NCBI RefSeq assembly: GCF_022539665.2
Contig: NC_081331.1
Location: 5,704,001 to 5,768,000, forward strand
Length of the DNA: 64,000 bases
Direction: 5' to 3'
From: Daphnia carinata
Lineage: Eukaryota
The notes under the pieces are model-generated. The model saw only the letters and a program-made list of their open reading frames with translations, was not told where the DNA came from and searched no databases. Shown here in pieces: positions 29,101 to 42,100 of the stretch. How positions within the stretch are numbered: the stretch's first letter is position 1; every line of letters begins with the position of its first letter. The position numbers were made by a program, and so were the translations under genes.

Positions 29101-29935
29101 TTGCTGATCCACGTCCGGAACCGTGTCGCACCATGGGCGCGTTAGCCGCTTGGCCCGGATGAGCGTGTTGTTGCGAGCTCATGCAGCCATCGGCGCCCAT
29201 TTCCGGCTGGATCACATAACCCTGGATGATCTTGTAATCGTTCGATTGATTCTGATTGATGGCTTGATACAAATCCATGACTGGATGAATCAATCCAGTC
29301 TGATCTCCAGTTTTCACGTTAGCCACCACTCCGCTGTCCCGTTCAGCCGTCGAATGGGCCGAAGATCCGTCTGGATTTCCGTATTCGGACCTGTCTTGAA
29401 TCTGTAAGTCAACGACGTTCGTGGCTGGAGGTAAGGCGGTGGCCGTCAGATCGATCGGTTGGTGCTGAGCTGCTAACGCAGCCCGGACCGGAGTCGGGTG
29501 ATGGATGCGGATGTAGTCCACACCTTTCGCCATGGTGCCTCCATTCTGATGGCGATTAGACGAGCTGTGATCACGACGTTCTCTCGTTCCGGCCAACGCA
29601 GCCGCGTTCAAGTTAGACACGCTCCTTTGTCGCAGTCTGGAACGCGAGACGGCTTTCAGTTCCCCATTGGCGTTGATCAACGTCTCCGGATCGACGTAGA
29701 TGTTCTCTTTAACAGTGGGCACAGTGGGCACTTGCATGGGCAATTCGCTCGTAAAAGACCACGAATTACGAACAGATGAAGTGCCACCTCCAGCCGATGC
29801 GCTCTTGCCGCTCCTCTTCGTCTTACTGCTGTTGTTATTGCTGTGCCGTTCGGCCTCTTGTTGCTTCTGTCGCCGGAAGACGCCTCCCGGTGGTTGGACA
29901 ACAGTGTCACTCGGTCCGTTGTTATTCAACAACAT
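21509..29935 (-). CDS. Uncharacterised PH-domain protein (~616 aa) with long low-complexity N-terminus and C-terminal PDZ ligand
   Basis: Exons 29935-28883, 25200-25134, 25028-24937, 23763-23626, 23552-23348, 22127-21930, 21606-21509, all GT-AG with matching phases. PH-like core VRKGLLWVMRDRIFSRYHERFCILTRNYLHCFKKG...VNLAEV...LLLKTSMDLNGWFDDLQ; ends NHVTQV*. Confidence 0.8.
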
Positions 29936-30178
29936 GTTGATTTTTATATTCTATTTATCAATTCGTAATGTAACGAGTGTGTTTTTCCAGTTCGCTAACT
30001 CCGGAAGGACACACACACTTGAGAGATAAGGGGAGAAGATATCAAGTGGGGAATATACGTTTGAAAGGGGAGGGGGAAAGAAATGAAATAAAAAAAAATA
30101 GCAAGTATACCTTGGGTTTTCTTTCTGATGGGCATGTGCCGAAATATCTTTCATGTGTCACTCACTTCTCGGATAATT

Positions 30179-30196
30179 GTGTGTGTGTGTGTGTGT
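30179..30196 (+). repeat. (GT)9 microsatellite
   Basis: Direct reading. Confidence 0.85.
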
Positions 30197-33100
30197 TTTG
30201 AAAACGAGTACGAAAAAAGAGAAAGAAAACAAATCCCAACAGTCGACTGAACATTGACGAGTTCCAAAAGGGAAGAACAAAAAAATTGGGAGAATAAAAG
30301 AAAATTGAATAAACAAGGCGGATGTTTGACAAGAGCAAAAAAAAAAAGAAAAAAAGATGGTGGGTCTTGAAAACCAGTCACACACTGAGGATAAGATTAC
30401 ACACACACATATGGACGACACTGGCCTCACAATACGAAATGTTTGTCCTTGTTCTGGTGCAGCAGCAGCAACACTTTGAGATGACTTGAACGAATATGTC
30501 CACGATGGAATTCAGGAGAAATAAAGGGGGCGTTTTTCTGTCACAAAAAGAACACTGTCAGCCACCTGTTGGGTGTAGCAAAACGTCCACCCCAAAAAAC
30601 GAAAATGTTTTCGTATATATATATTCATAAATCAATTCGATTTGTCAATAGATAACTTGACAAACGCAACAATTTTCGACGTGTACGACGAAAACAGATT
30701 CACTTTGGAAAATGAAATCGAAACTTTTAGAACAACGTAGAACTACAGACAAACGAGGTCCGTACTGGACCAGCGTCAGGCTGCGACTGAGCACTCGGGG
30801 CGCACTGAACTTTGCTTTTGGGCTCTGCCAACTTCCAAGTAAAAGTCCCTCCCACTCCGTCCCGTAAGGCTCCCCATTTTCTTTTTCTATCCGCTTGTGT
30901 CGCATGTGTAGTATCCACAGTGAAAGAACGGCATTGACGGGGGGGGGGGGGGGGGGGGACGAAGGAAAAAATAAAATAAAAAGGGAAATCAACAAAGATT
31001 TTTGTTTGAGTCATTCTCGAAAATACTATTACACAGGAGACTGAATGAAACCTACGCAAAACACCCGCACAAGATTCGTGTTTTTTACGATCTATTACAT
31101 CAGGTATTTGTTGGCCGTTTGGCCAACGCAATAAGTCGTCTGCATTTGCATAATATTCTGCGCACAGCATAGCTAAACAGTTTTAGGTTCTATAAAAGAG
31201 AGACTAGCGTGCGCGGTGCCAAATCTATTCGAACGTTTTGCAACCATCAAAGGGTCTTGAAGAGATAGCTGATCTATCGTGTTGAATGCGTTCCCATCAC
31301 TGACTTTTTAAGAAAAGTAGGCTAATCACTAAATCGTATTCAACAATGTTTTTTTGTTTTGTTTTTTTTTCTTTCTCAGAATTGAATGAGCTCCTGGTGC
31401 AGTAGGTAAAAGAGGCGGAGGAGGTTTGGCCAGTGTAGGCGAAATGCGCCAAGGTTTGCGGTAGCTAATCTTCACTTTCGCTATTCTTTAAATAAAAACA
31501 TTTTTTTACTTTCCACATTTTGAATATATAATGAGTTAGAAACCAAAAAAAATTGAAGAGATATCAAAGAGTTCATGAGAGAAGCGAGGGTCTTTGTGTG
31601 GGCCTTCGAATGTTGTTTGCCCTCTGAGCCTAAATGTATGTGTGTTGCCTCTTCTAACGATTGTCTTTTGGCGTCAGCAAGAGAACGCAGCTGTCTTAAC
31701 AGCTTTTAATAACACACGCAATAGAGGCGTGCACACGCTGCAGCAATTGAGGGGTGAAAATTTGGTCGGGTCCCTGCTGCAGCAGCGAAAGAAAAATGAC
31801 ACACACACATCCTCCTCCGACGTCTTTCAATTGCCTTGAAAATTGGGCGAATGGAGACAGACGTTTGTGTCCTCAAGGCTTTACAGTTGTAGTATAGCAG
31901 TACATCATAATCATGCAATCTCATCGTACATGATCAACCCCGACGAGCAATTGATGAACACCCAAGGTCTCTCTCTAAACATTCCTCCGTGCCACCCCGC
32001 CTTCCCCTCCCACACAAACACATTTATGTGTATGTATATACAGTGGACGATAAGAAACATGTTTGCGCTCTACGTGATAATATTATATGGCCGAGCGTCT
32101 CAATTTACGTGATACGCTAGAGGGGATTTTGAGATGCGTAAAATCCTTTTTTTTTTTTTGCTTTATACTCTTGTGTCAGACATATTGTCAATGCTGCCAT
32201 TTTCTATACGTACAATTGATGTATCGTTGTGCGTATTGGATTATTTCAGATCCTATTCATTTGGGTTCCCCACCCCGTATTAGCGATGATCTCATTAGAT
32301 TAGAAAACGTTTCTCGAAGATTGCAAGAGTCCAATTTCGTTGCTGTAAATGGGGGGGGGACCGATCCACGAGGGGACCATTTGGGTTGTACGTGTAATGT
32401 TGAACGTATCGATACGCCATGGACCTTCCTCCGTATTATTATTTCTTATCTTAAGTGGAAATTTGGGTTCGATACAGAGCCATTGCGAACTGATTTTTCA
32501 TGTACGAATAGCTTCATGTTTAAAGAGATTGACGATGATCCCATAACGTTGTGACAGATATACGCACGTTAGACACTGGTGCCTGCATCTAATTCCTGTT
32601 CCAATACATGTTTCTCTCTCTCGTAATGACTTTTCCTTTTTTTTTTTTGCTTACCACTCTAGCTTAGTGCCTGTCCATTTTTTTTTTTTTTGGGGGGGGG
32701 GGAAGTCTTCCCTATTAGAAAATGTCCGAGAAAGAAAGATGTTGGCAGGATGGCGATAAATCAAAGCGGCCATTTATTTCTTCCTTCTTTTTTTTTTTTT
32801 TTTTTGAGGGGTTTCGTTTATTTGTCAGTGCAAGTAGGAAAAAAAAAGGTGGGTCGTTGGCTGTATGTGAATATACAACATCAGAGTGATGGTCCCCGAG
32901 GTTCCCTTTGAAAATATGCTTGTTGCTGGGGTCTCTTACGCCGATGAGGACATGAATAATGGACGCTTAATGGAGACAGATAAATACGCCGCCATTCCTT
33001 TTTCTTTAGCCACACATATCGGAAAAGGCGGAACATGTCCAATCTAATAACAATAAATATTGAAGCGGCAACAATGAGCGAAATGGCCCCGTGTTCCTAT

Positions 33101-36100
33101 AGACACTGAATCAAAAAATCATTGACTAATGAAGAATTCAGCCGGACCGCGCTGCGCATCTCGCTGATGATGTCGTTGAATTCCCGAGATTTTTTTTTTT
33201 TTTCTTTTTCAAAAAGAATTTTTATTTTTTGTTTTGTATTTAAGTTAGGAAGAAAAAAAAAAAAACGTATGACGAATGATGGGGGGGAGCAGGTTTCCCT
33301 GTCGTTTCGTGATTGGTTCCATGATTAGAATATTAGACATGGCCTTGCCGTCGGTGGGTCGATCCATGACAGATAACATATCATCCAGCCGACGTCTTCC
33401 ACACAGCTTGCGACATCCATTCTTTATCCGTCCCCATGAAAAAGAAAGTATAGATGTCATATGATTTAAACATTTTTCTGGTGTACATACAAGTTTTAAA
33501 AAAACGTGCCAAATTGTTCGTGCAATTGTCTTTTTCGTGATCAACGCTCGAGAAACATCAACTAGAAAGTTGTTTTGCTTCATGACTTGTGAAAAACAAA
33601 AAAAAAAAATAATGAACAAAAATCAAGAACATACCGAAAGGTGGTCCCATTCTCTCGCGTGTTCTTTTCAAATTCCTTTTTCTTGAAAGAAGAATTTCTA
33701 TAGCAGCGGGAAAGGCCAAAAACGAGGTGGTAGAGTGATGGTGGGGCGGAGGCGAAAGACCGACGACGACGTCGTGACGCACGATAAATGCCCTGCTGGC
33801 CTTGTCTCAGCCACGGGACTATCCATCTGGGGATGGTACAACTGCAGCAGGTCATTTGTTTTTTTTGTTTTTTTTTCATGGCTGTACAACTGTTGCTAAT
33901 GCACGTTGTACATTTCTTCTTCCCAGACTAGAAAAGAATTTGTTCCTCCCTTTTTCTTCCATCTCTGAAAAAAAAAAATGTCTTCTTTAAAACTCCGATG
34001 CATAATTGGTTCAAAACTCTGTTTCGGCCTGATTGCAGCTCATTCACATCTATTGCCCTCGACCATTTTATATTTTTAGTCCCGTGTTCTTTAGAACGGT
34101 AGCAATCTCAAATAGGTTATTCGTCCCCCCTCCCCCTTCCAACCATGTCTATGCATGTCCAATCATGCCCGTGACCTTTAACGATCTCGTCAGCAGCATC
34201 AAAATAAGCGTAGAATACAAGACAGCAGCACAGGTATGATGGGCCCTCTGACACAGGTAGTTTAGACCCGTCATCTTACCTTTTTTTCGGAGAAAGAAGC
34301 AACTGATGTGACTCTCATGTCCAATGGTCCGTCACTAAAAAAGAATAGAGAACCGTCGAATGTCTCGTCACGTCTCGTCACATTCTCTTTCAACTTCGAG
34401 CCCGTCGATGAAAACCCACCGACTTGAAAAGAAAAAACAAAAAAAGAGGGAAAAGATACACAAGGAAAAGTCAGCACCACAGAAAAAAGCCATGTCCCTC
34501 TTGTTTCTATCGGTGTATAATGGCAGTCGAGCATGACAACGGCCTTCCATATAATGAAATAGCCTCCCCCCCTCTACGATGCAACGACCTTTTTTGGATT
34601 TTTTTTTTCTTTTTTAATTCAGTAAATATGGGTACGATGGTAACACATCTTTCCGTTGTATTGCTTCATGGACGTCCTATTGCGGTTTGGGGTCAATTTA
34701 AAAGAAAAAAAAAAAAATGGCGTTCCTTTCTGTATAATACCGCAATGGACGATCATAGCCTTTTGGTCCGGATGAAAAATGAAACTGTACTGGACTTGCA
34801 ACAAGCGAAAAAAAAAAAGAAGCAAGTGTCTTTGGTTAGAGGGCAGGTTAGAGGCGGAAAGAAAAAAACAAAAGACTTCTTCTTCTTTAAAAAGGGATGT
34901 ATATAACCATGGACAACAGCTGCTGCCGGCCGTGGAACGCTTTTTTCCCACGCTGCTGTTGTGTGTGTTACTGCTCCTCTTTCTTTCCCTCTCGCCACAA
35001 GTAAGAAGACGAGTGTGTGTATATATATATATGTGTGTTTTTATTATTACCGAGCACAGCAAGAGTCTAGAAAAACCACCCTCTTACTTGGATAAATATA
35101 TTTTTTCTTCTGTGTGTGCCTCTCCCACAAAGACTTCCTCCTCTTCTTCTTTCTCTAACTGCACCATTAAATATTATACTAATTCCATAGCAGCCGACTC
35201 TGTTTAGTACAGACGATTAACAGCTCTCTGCCCTCTTTCTTCTATACGGTCTATATCTTTTCAAGGAGTTGATTAGCGCCACAGTCCTCAGGCGTTCCAG
35301 GCTCAAAAAAATATAATAACAATCAGATGATTGTATAAAAAAAGAAGAAAGGTCAAAGACATTCAAGAGGGCGAAAAAGAGGCAACAAAGTGAGAGCAAA
35401 AAAAAAAAAAAAAAAGAAAGAAAAATCTTATCACGTCACTTCCTGTTGTCCGACACGGCGTGCAATTGCGTGAGGGCTCCCCGCTACGTTTGCCCCCGTC
35501 GACTGTCTCTCTCCCACGTTGCCCGCATATATTGTATTAATGTATGGCAAAGTGAACATTCCGTCGCATCCGTCAACGTACCCTATACACTGATTTCCAG
35601 CGCCCCATTCTTTTTGCCCTGGAATCTTCAATTGAATTTCCTTGTCTGGCCTTCTACAAGAAAGAAAAAAAACGCATGCACGCTAGTAGATGTTTGGTGG
35701 AACGTCTCATTCGTTTTATTTTAAAAATACAAACGGAGACTCGTACGTACATTGTTTGGTTTAGCTTTTATCGCTTCCGCCCAGCCTCCCTTACATATAT
35801 GTACGAGATGCAGGAGAGGATAACCCAATCAGTGCTGGGCACGACACTTAACACGGTTCTTTTTGATGGGCTTTAGTTTTTTTTTTTTATCCTTTTCCCA
35901 TAGACACACACACACAAAAAAGGCAATGTTTTACTACATAGTAAGAAAAAAAAGGGGCCGAAAGATCAAAGTGAAAAATAGGAAGATGCTGTTTGTGTCG
36001 ATGTATGGCGCATCTACCCCCAATAACCCGTTTCATGGGGCGTGCGGATTGGGGGAAACAGTTGCCCACAAAAGCCCCTGCTGTCTTATATTATATATAG

Positions 36101-39100
36101 CTTGCTACAGAGGGCTCTTACAATGCAACTACTTAGTACTTATATACAGCCAAAAAGCATATGAAACAAACGAAAAACGGCAGCCTGATTGTTGTAATCA
36201 AAGGGATGCTAATGACGGCCAGACCAGATCCCTTTCCGGAGAGCCTACAAACAGCCCCTTCTTTTTTTTTAAGGAAAAAAAAACGTATACATATATAGAA
36301 GATTGCGCGATAAAAAAGGAGGGAGGACCGTCTAATTGTATTGTTTTGTTTTTTTACGAAGCTATACGTTTTTCTTTTTAGTAGGAAGTGTTGAAATGAA
36401 AGAAGAAAGACAGGACGTTTTCTGTTCTCCTATATACGATCGAATTCTCTTTCGCAGTTAAATATGCGACGATGAGGAAAAGCAGCAGCCGCTTATTTAC
36501 CACTTATGTTCTCCGCTCTTTCGAGAAAAAAAAAAAAAAAAAAAGGCCTCGAATTTTGTGGTGGATAAAAAAGTTCAAAGTGGATCGGACGCGTTTTGCC
36601 GCCGCCGCTTTAAGGCAGATGTTATAAGCCTTTCGCATCATTGAGAATGTGATAAGGTTTCATCTGTTTATAGTCAGTTGCACGAACCGACAGTCACTTG
36701 GTCATTCAATACAATCATTCGACAAAGAGAAAGAGGGCACAAAGTCAACACAACGATTGCCGTTTTTCTGTTTGGCTGACCCTGGCATTTCTCTCCTCCC
36801 CCCCTCGAGCGGGCCATACATAAAAAGGAATAACAGATTGAATAACTACCGTGGCCATCCACAGCAGCTTATAGATGTCTACGTGTGTCGGGACCCTCTT
36901 TTCTCGTTGGTATCTGTCAATATTTTGCCAATGGCGGCTAACCAAAATTTAAAAAGAGGTTTTTTCTTTTTCGGCTTTTCCCTATTTTTTTTTTTTTTTT
37001 TTTTAATCACATTCCCGCAGCGCAAATGCAGCTGCCCTTCATTTCCTAATCGAGTTTTTCTTTAAAGTCTTACGTCGCAACGCCTAAAAAACAAAAACAG
37101 CGTTTGAAAATAGACCCCTATACTAAAAAAAAAAAAAAAAAAAAATCCGGTATTGATTTTCTTCAAATCCATAATCAATCATTTCTGAGAATATTGAACG
37201 GACCGTGTTCATTTTTTTAAAGGGTTCCGATAAATTAATGTTTTTGTACCTGAAAATGATTTTTTAATCTCCCATTTTTCCTCCTCCCGCACTATACCGT
37301 TGTCATGGCTGCTCGTGTTTTTTCTTCCCGGACGAGGAAAACGCGCACAAATTGCCTCTGGCGACTTATTAAGTTATGGTTAAAGCGTGCACCCAATAAC
37401 AGGATTTTTTTTTTTTTTAGTGATTAAACAAGCCAAAGTCGGGAGTTTTGCCTGAGTTAGTCCAACACGACATTAGACATAACGTGCAATCCATAAAAGT
37501 CGTTCGCTATTAAATAGGTCATCAATCAACGAACGATTCGTGATGATTATAACCTTGTTAAAAAAAAAAAAAAAAAAGGCAGTATGATTTTTTTGCGTTG
37601 CTCTTATTAAGATTGCCTTCCGAAATCCTCAGGCCAAATTACATCTAAAAAAGAATAAAATTTCATGCGTATTTATCACCATTTTTTTTTTTTTACACAC
37701 AATTCAATCACTAAACTTTAAAATGAATGCTTAACCAAGCGGATCGATTGACAATAGGATATCGTAGTTGAAACCGAAAATCGCTACGACTTGTCGCAAC
37801 TGGAAAATAGTTCTTTCGATGCTGGACCAGCTTCGCTTGAGGCCAATCCAGCCTTCGTCTTTCAAAGAGGTCGGGATAAAATGCAGCGCTAAAAGCGTAA
37901 CAGGGAAAATTCTCACGAAGCGTTCCGCCTTAATTAGAGTGTTTTTTTTTTTTAACTGACACGATGTTTCTTGTGCTGGACACGCAGAGGCTGTTTTAAA
38001 GGTCAGTTTAGCTTGATATATACGACCAATTAAAATTTGCCAAGCGCCTAATGTCATGACAAGTTACTTTCAGGAGAGTACGTCCTGTTTGAACGAAAAA
38101 ACACGAGTTCTATCGTTTAATGCAATTGTTCTTTTAAACGAAAAAAAAAGAAGAAGATTGGCGGTTTCTTTGTGTTCCAGATCGTTTCAAAAAGCTGGAT
38201 ATAGTCGAGTGGTATCAATCAGTCGATGACAACCCTCAAGAAGACCTCATCTCCTCTTGCCTCAAGAGAAATTTCTGCTGGACATTTTAATCGCAACATA
38301 AATAAACATTGAATTGGTGCATCGTAGTCACTTTCTTTTCGTAACGAATTTTTTTTTTTTTTTTGTCTTCGGCATATAGAAGCTGATTGTTGTGCTAGTT
38401 CATCAAACGTCTACACACATGCAAATGAGACTGTATGTTCCAGTATGTGATGCATTGTTAACTACCTCGTAGTTACCTGGAGGGAACATCACGTAAAGAG
38501 ATGAACGTAAAAAAAAATGTGCCAGAAGGGCAGAAATCATTTGGGTCGGTTAGACCGACTTCAAACATATATAGTTAAACGATGACTACCCATTACACAA
38601 CGCTACAGCCTCCCAACAAGGATAGATATTATTAGGACAAAATGAAGTGAATTGAAACTAAGGACTTTAATTGCAGATTCCCGTTATGATGAATTAAGAA
38701 AGAAAAAAAAAAGGAGTCGATGAGTTGGTCCCGTTTCAAAATTTAAATTCATTTAGCGATACATGAAAAAGGCAGCGTGATCAAGAATAGTTTCATTTTT
38801 CCCAGTCAATTACATTATTGATAGCGACGAGTCAAGTTCATAGTTAAGAATACGCAAAGTCATCGGCAAACTGAATTTTCATGTGGCAAACTCAGCTGGC
38901 TCGTGGCTTCCGTCCGCCTCACGCTGCCATAAACGTACACCAACATTCGATGTCACGAAAAATGGTAGCCAAGGTAAACATGTGCCTACCAATATTTAAA
39001 GCAAAAATAAACAAGTTAAGACTTTGCGATGCAAACATGGAACACAGTCTCGTTTTCTAATAGCAAATCAGTTTCAAACAAGACCCTGAGACCCGAAACG

Positions 39101-42100
39101 TTTGACTTTCTATGAACGCAAGTAGGGACGTTCGTGAGTGGTCGAATGCGTACGTTACACCTGTTCAAAAGTCTTAATAAACGACAAATACACGACGCAC
39201 TTTGCGAAACTGATTAGTTTTTCCTTCTCGTTTGACTTGTTTCGCGTTAAGAGAATCATTAGTTTCTTACGAGTTGAACGTGTGTCCCTGAACGAAAGAT
39301 GCCGACAAGGACGTTTTTGTTAGTGCCCATATCTGCCAATGCATTTGGCCAATGGCTAAATGTTCCCCACAACTTTATAAGGATTGCTTCTCTCTTCTTC
39401 CTGGCTTCCAATTAAATCCTACACAACAACACACCCCTATGCTGAGTCAATCGATCACAAGTCAATCATTTCTTAATCAAGAATATAAGAAAGAGGCACA
39501 CGACCTTGGCTCTCTGCTCTCTTTCGTGCTAAAATATTTCCTTTTTATTATTATAATGCTTCCACGTAGACACAGCGACACACACACGCCTTTCATATCA
39601 ATGGCACGATCGATGCAAGTTTCGCCCTTGAGTGAATCATTCTTGATTTTTTTAATTGATGTAGCTTTATGTTACGGCGGCTGTCGTTGTTGTCATGCCA
39701 TTCTTCCCCTTTTGCTTGCCCTACTTTGACACACAATGAGGGGAATAAAAGAGCGCACACAGGTTGGGGCTTGAAGGATATCATTAGACGGTTCGTGTAT
39801 CATTGACTTCAATTCAGGAACGAAAGCAAAAAGCTTCAAATCTTTTCTAATGAAAGATCAAATGGCAAACTGATTGCGTCGCAGCAATTTTGCTTTGAAA
39901 GCTCAATTTAATGTCAAAATAGCAACGTAAATTCAATCAAACATTTGATGATCACGAGTGATTGGGTTTTATGACAGCCTTTGGTTAGCCACGGTAAGTG
40001 AACTATTGACGTCACACGCCGTTGGAACAACGCGGTTTGGATGTACCATCGAGCCACAGCTTAGACAACTTTATCAGTTAACATGTAACTTCTCACCACC
40101 AAATAATTTCTATATAACGTTAGGCCTATCCAATAAGAAAACACGAAAATTCAAAGCAAAAATCGAAAGCAATTGACTCTCAATCGATAATCAATCATTG
40201 CCAATAATAGAGATGCCGAACCGTCGTTTTCCGGCCTTTCGTCTCCCGTTCCCTTTATTCAATTATGCAGTTCATAAAAGACGAACAGATAGGACACAGG
40301 CAGGCAAAAACTCCTCTCGTATACAATTGTATATGTATATATAGAAGCGCCCTCCATATTTTTTTTTTTGTCCTTCAGCCCTTGACAAACGGATCGTATG
40401 TCGTAGCTTTAAAAATGAAAGAACAAGCCATACGATTGTTATATCTTATGGAGAAATTCGAACAAAAAAAAAAAAGAATTTCCTTTCAAACTATTGAGTT
40501 GCATGTTGTACGTTTCCCGGGGGTTAAAACATTTCGTCTATAAGAATGATGTCCCTCCTTTTAGCCTCTTTAACGATCGAGGGCATTCGACAGGATTCTT
40601 TTTATTTTTTTAAATATATATATATATTTTAAAACACCCCTCATCCCTTATGTTCGTGTATTTTTTTTTTTTTTACTTCCACCGGAATTCCAACGGCTTC
40701 CGTCGTTGTTGGAAACGGAACGACACATAATCCCGGTGAGCGATTCCGTCCGGCGGCCACCAATTCCGGCCCTCGATAACAAAAAAAAAAAAAAAAAGAA
40801 GAGAAGGGTGATGAATATAATAATAAGAGCGTTAAATAATCCCTCATCATCCTTTCTTTCGATTTCCTCGTTCTCACCAACTACAAAAAGATTTCGTGTC
40901 CGAAAACAGAAATAAGAACAAAAGAATGTACAGACGCCATAAGGCAGTTGAATGAAACAGCGATGCTTATCGTTGAGCAGCTACTGGCTGTTGCAATGCA
41001 CATATTTAGCTATGTAGTATGTGTGTGTGTGTGTGTAGCCTTCACATTTGGCTATGTGTATTTTCAATGTATGGGGTCCCAGTTTTTTTTCGCATTTCGG
41101 TGAGCTCCCGTTGACTCACGCGTGTGGCCTCCTTTGTCTTGCTTCATTTTTCTTTCCCACAAGAGGGCGGATAGAAAACGTTCCTTTTGTTTTTTGTTTT
41201 TTTTTTTGCCCCCGTGTGCTGTGCGAAATTTCGGTTGAATATTGCGCAGTTGCACAGACTCCCGAGATGAAATGTCTAGTCACGACTCACGAAAAAAAAA
41301 AAAAAAAAAAAAAAGGAATGTGGCGCTGATTGTTTATTCAAACATTTTTTTTGTTTTGTTTTGTTTCGTGTTGCATCAACGCCAGAAAGGACGGGAAAGT
41401 TGCAGGTTTCTGACGTCACGCTCCCGACGACACATTTTTTTTTTTTTTTTTTTGTTTTCCTATATCGGACAGCGATGAGCCACCCTTGTAATTTAAAGTG
41501 CGCCTACGTGTTTCGTTTTTCTCTGAAAGGTTCGTCTGGCAAAAAAGATGGTCCTTTTTTAAATACACCCTAAAGGGGCGTCAATTGAATCAGATAGCGC
41601 AAACAAGACTCAACCCAACCACCTACTTCTCTTCTTGACCGAAAAGAGTTTTATTATTTTTTAAATGGAGGATTTCCGGTTCCATCACGTCACCAACGTG
41701 ACCTTTTAGGTCACTTTCCATATTTATATTCTTTTCTTATTTAAATTTTTTTCCCTTGCAATCGTCCATCTCTCGTGGAATTCGGTCGCCTTGGGGAGTG
41801 AAGAGAAAAAAAAAAAAATGCCCACACAAATGAAATTTGGAAGAAAAAGAAAACGGAAACCAAAAGGAACGTCACGAAGCAAGTGGCTTTTGCTGTTTTT
41901 ACGAACGTCCTTCGAGCCTCAATGTCGTCTTGTATGACTGAATCGAAGAATGTCAACAACAAAACCAGATTTTATATAAAGCAGACCAGAAGAAATGTGT
42001 GTTTTCTAAAACAGATCTTGGAAACTCAAATTTTTTTGTAAGGAAAGAAGCAAAACAAACGCGTTAGTGGCGCCATTCCAGGGCCCTTCTCACGTCATCG

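Noticed and set aside
30939..30958. G20 run (and A28 at 28831-28858) as G-quadruplex or retro-insertion tail
   Set aside because: Long homopolymers occur throughout the window, their lengths are error-prone in assemblies, and no target-site duplication or element body is adjacent.
32087..32554. 155-aa ORF in the gene-free region
   Set aside because: Crosses a poly-T run, shows no domain motif and has no partner exons; needs a homology search to be reconsidered.
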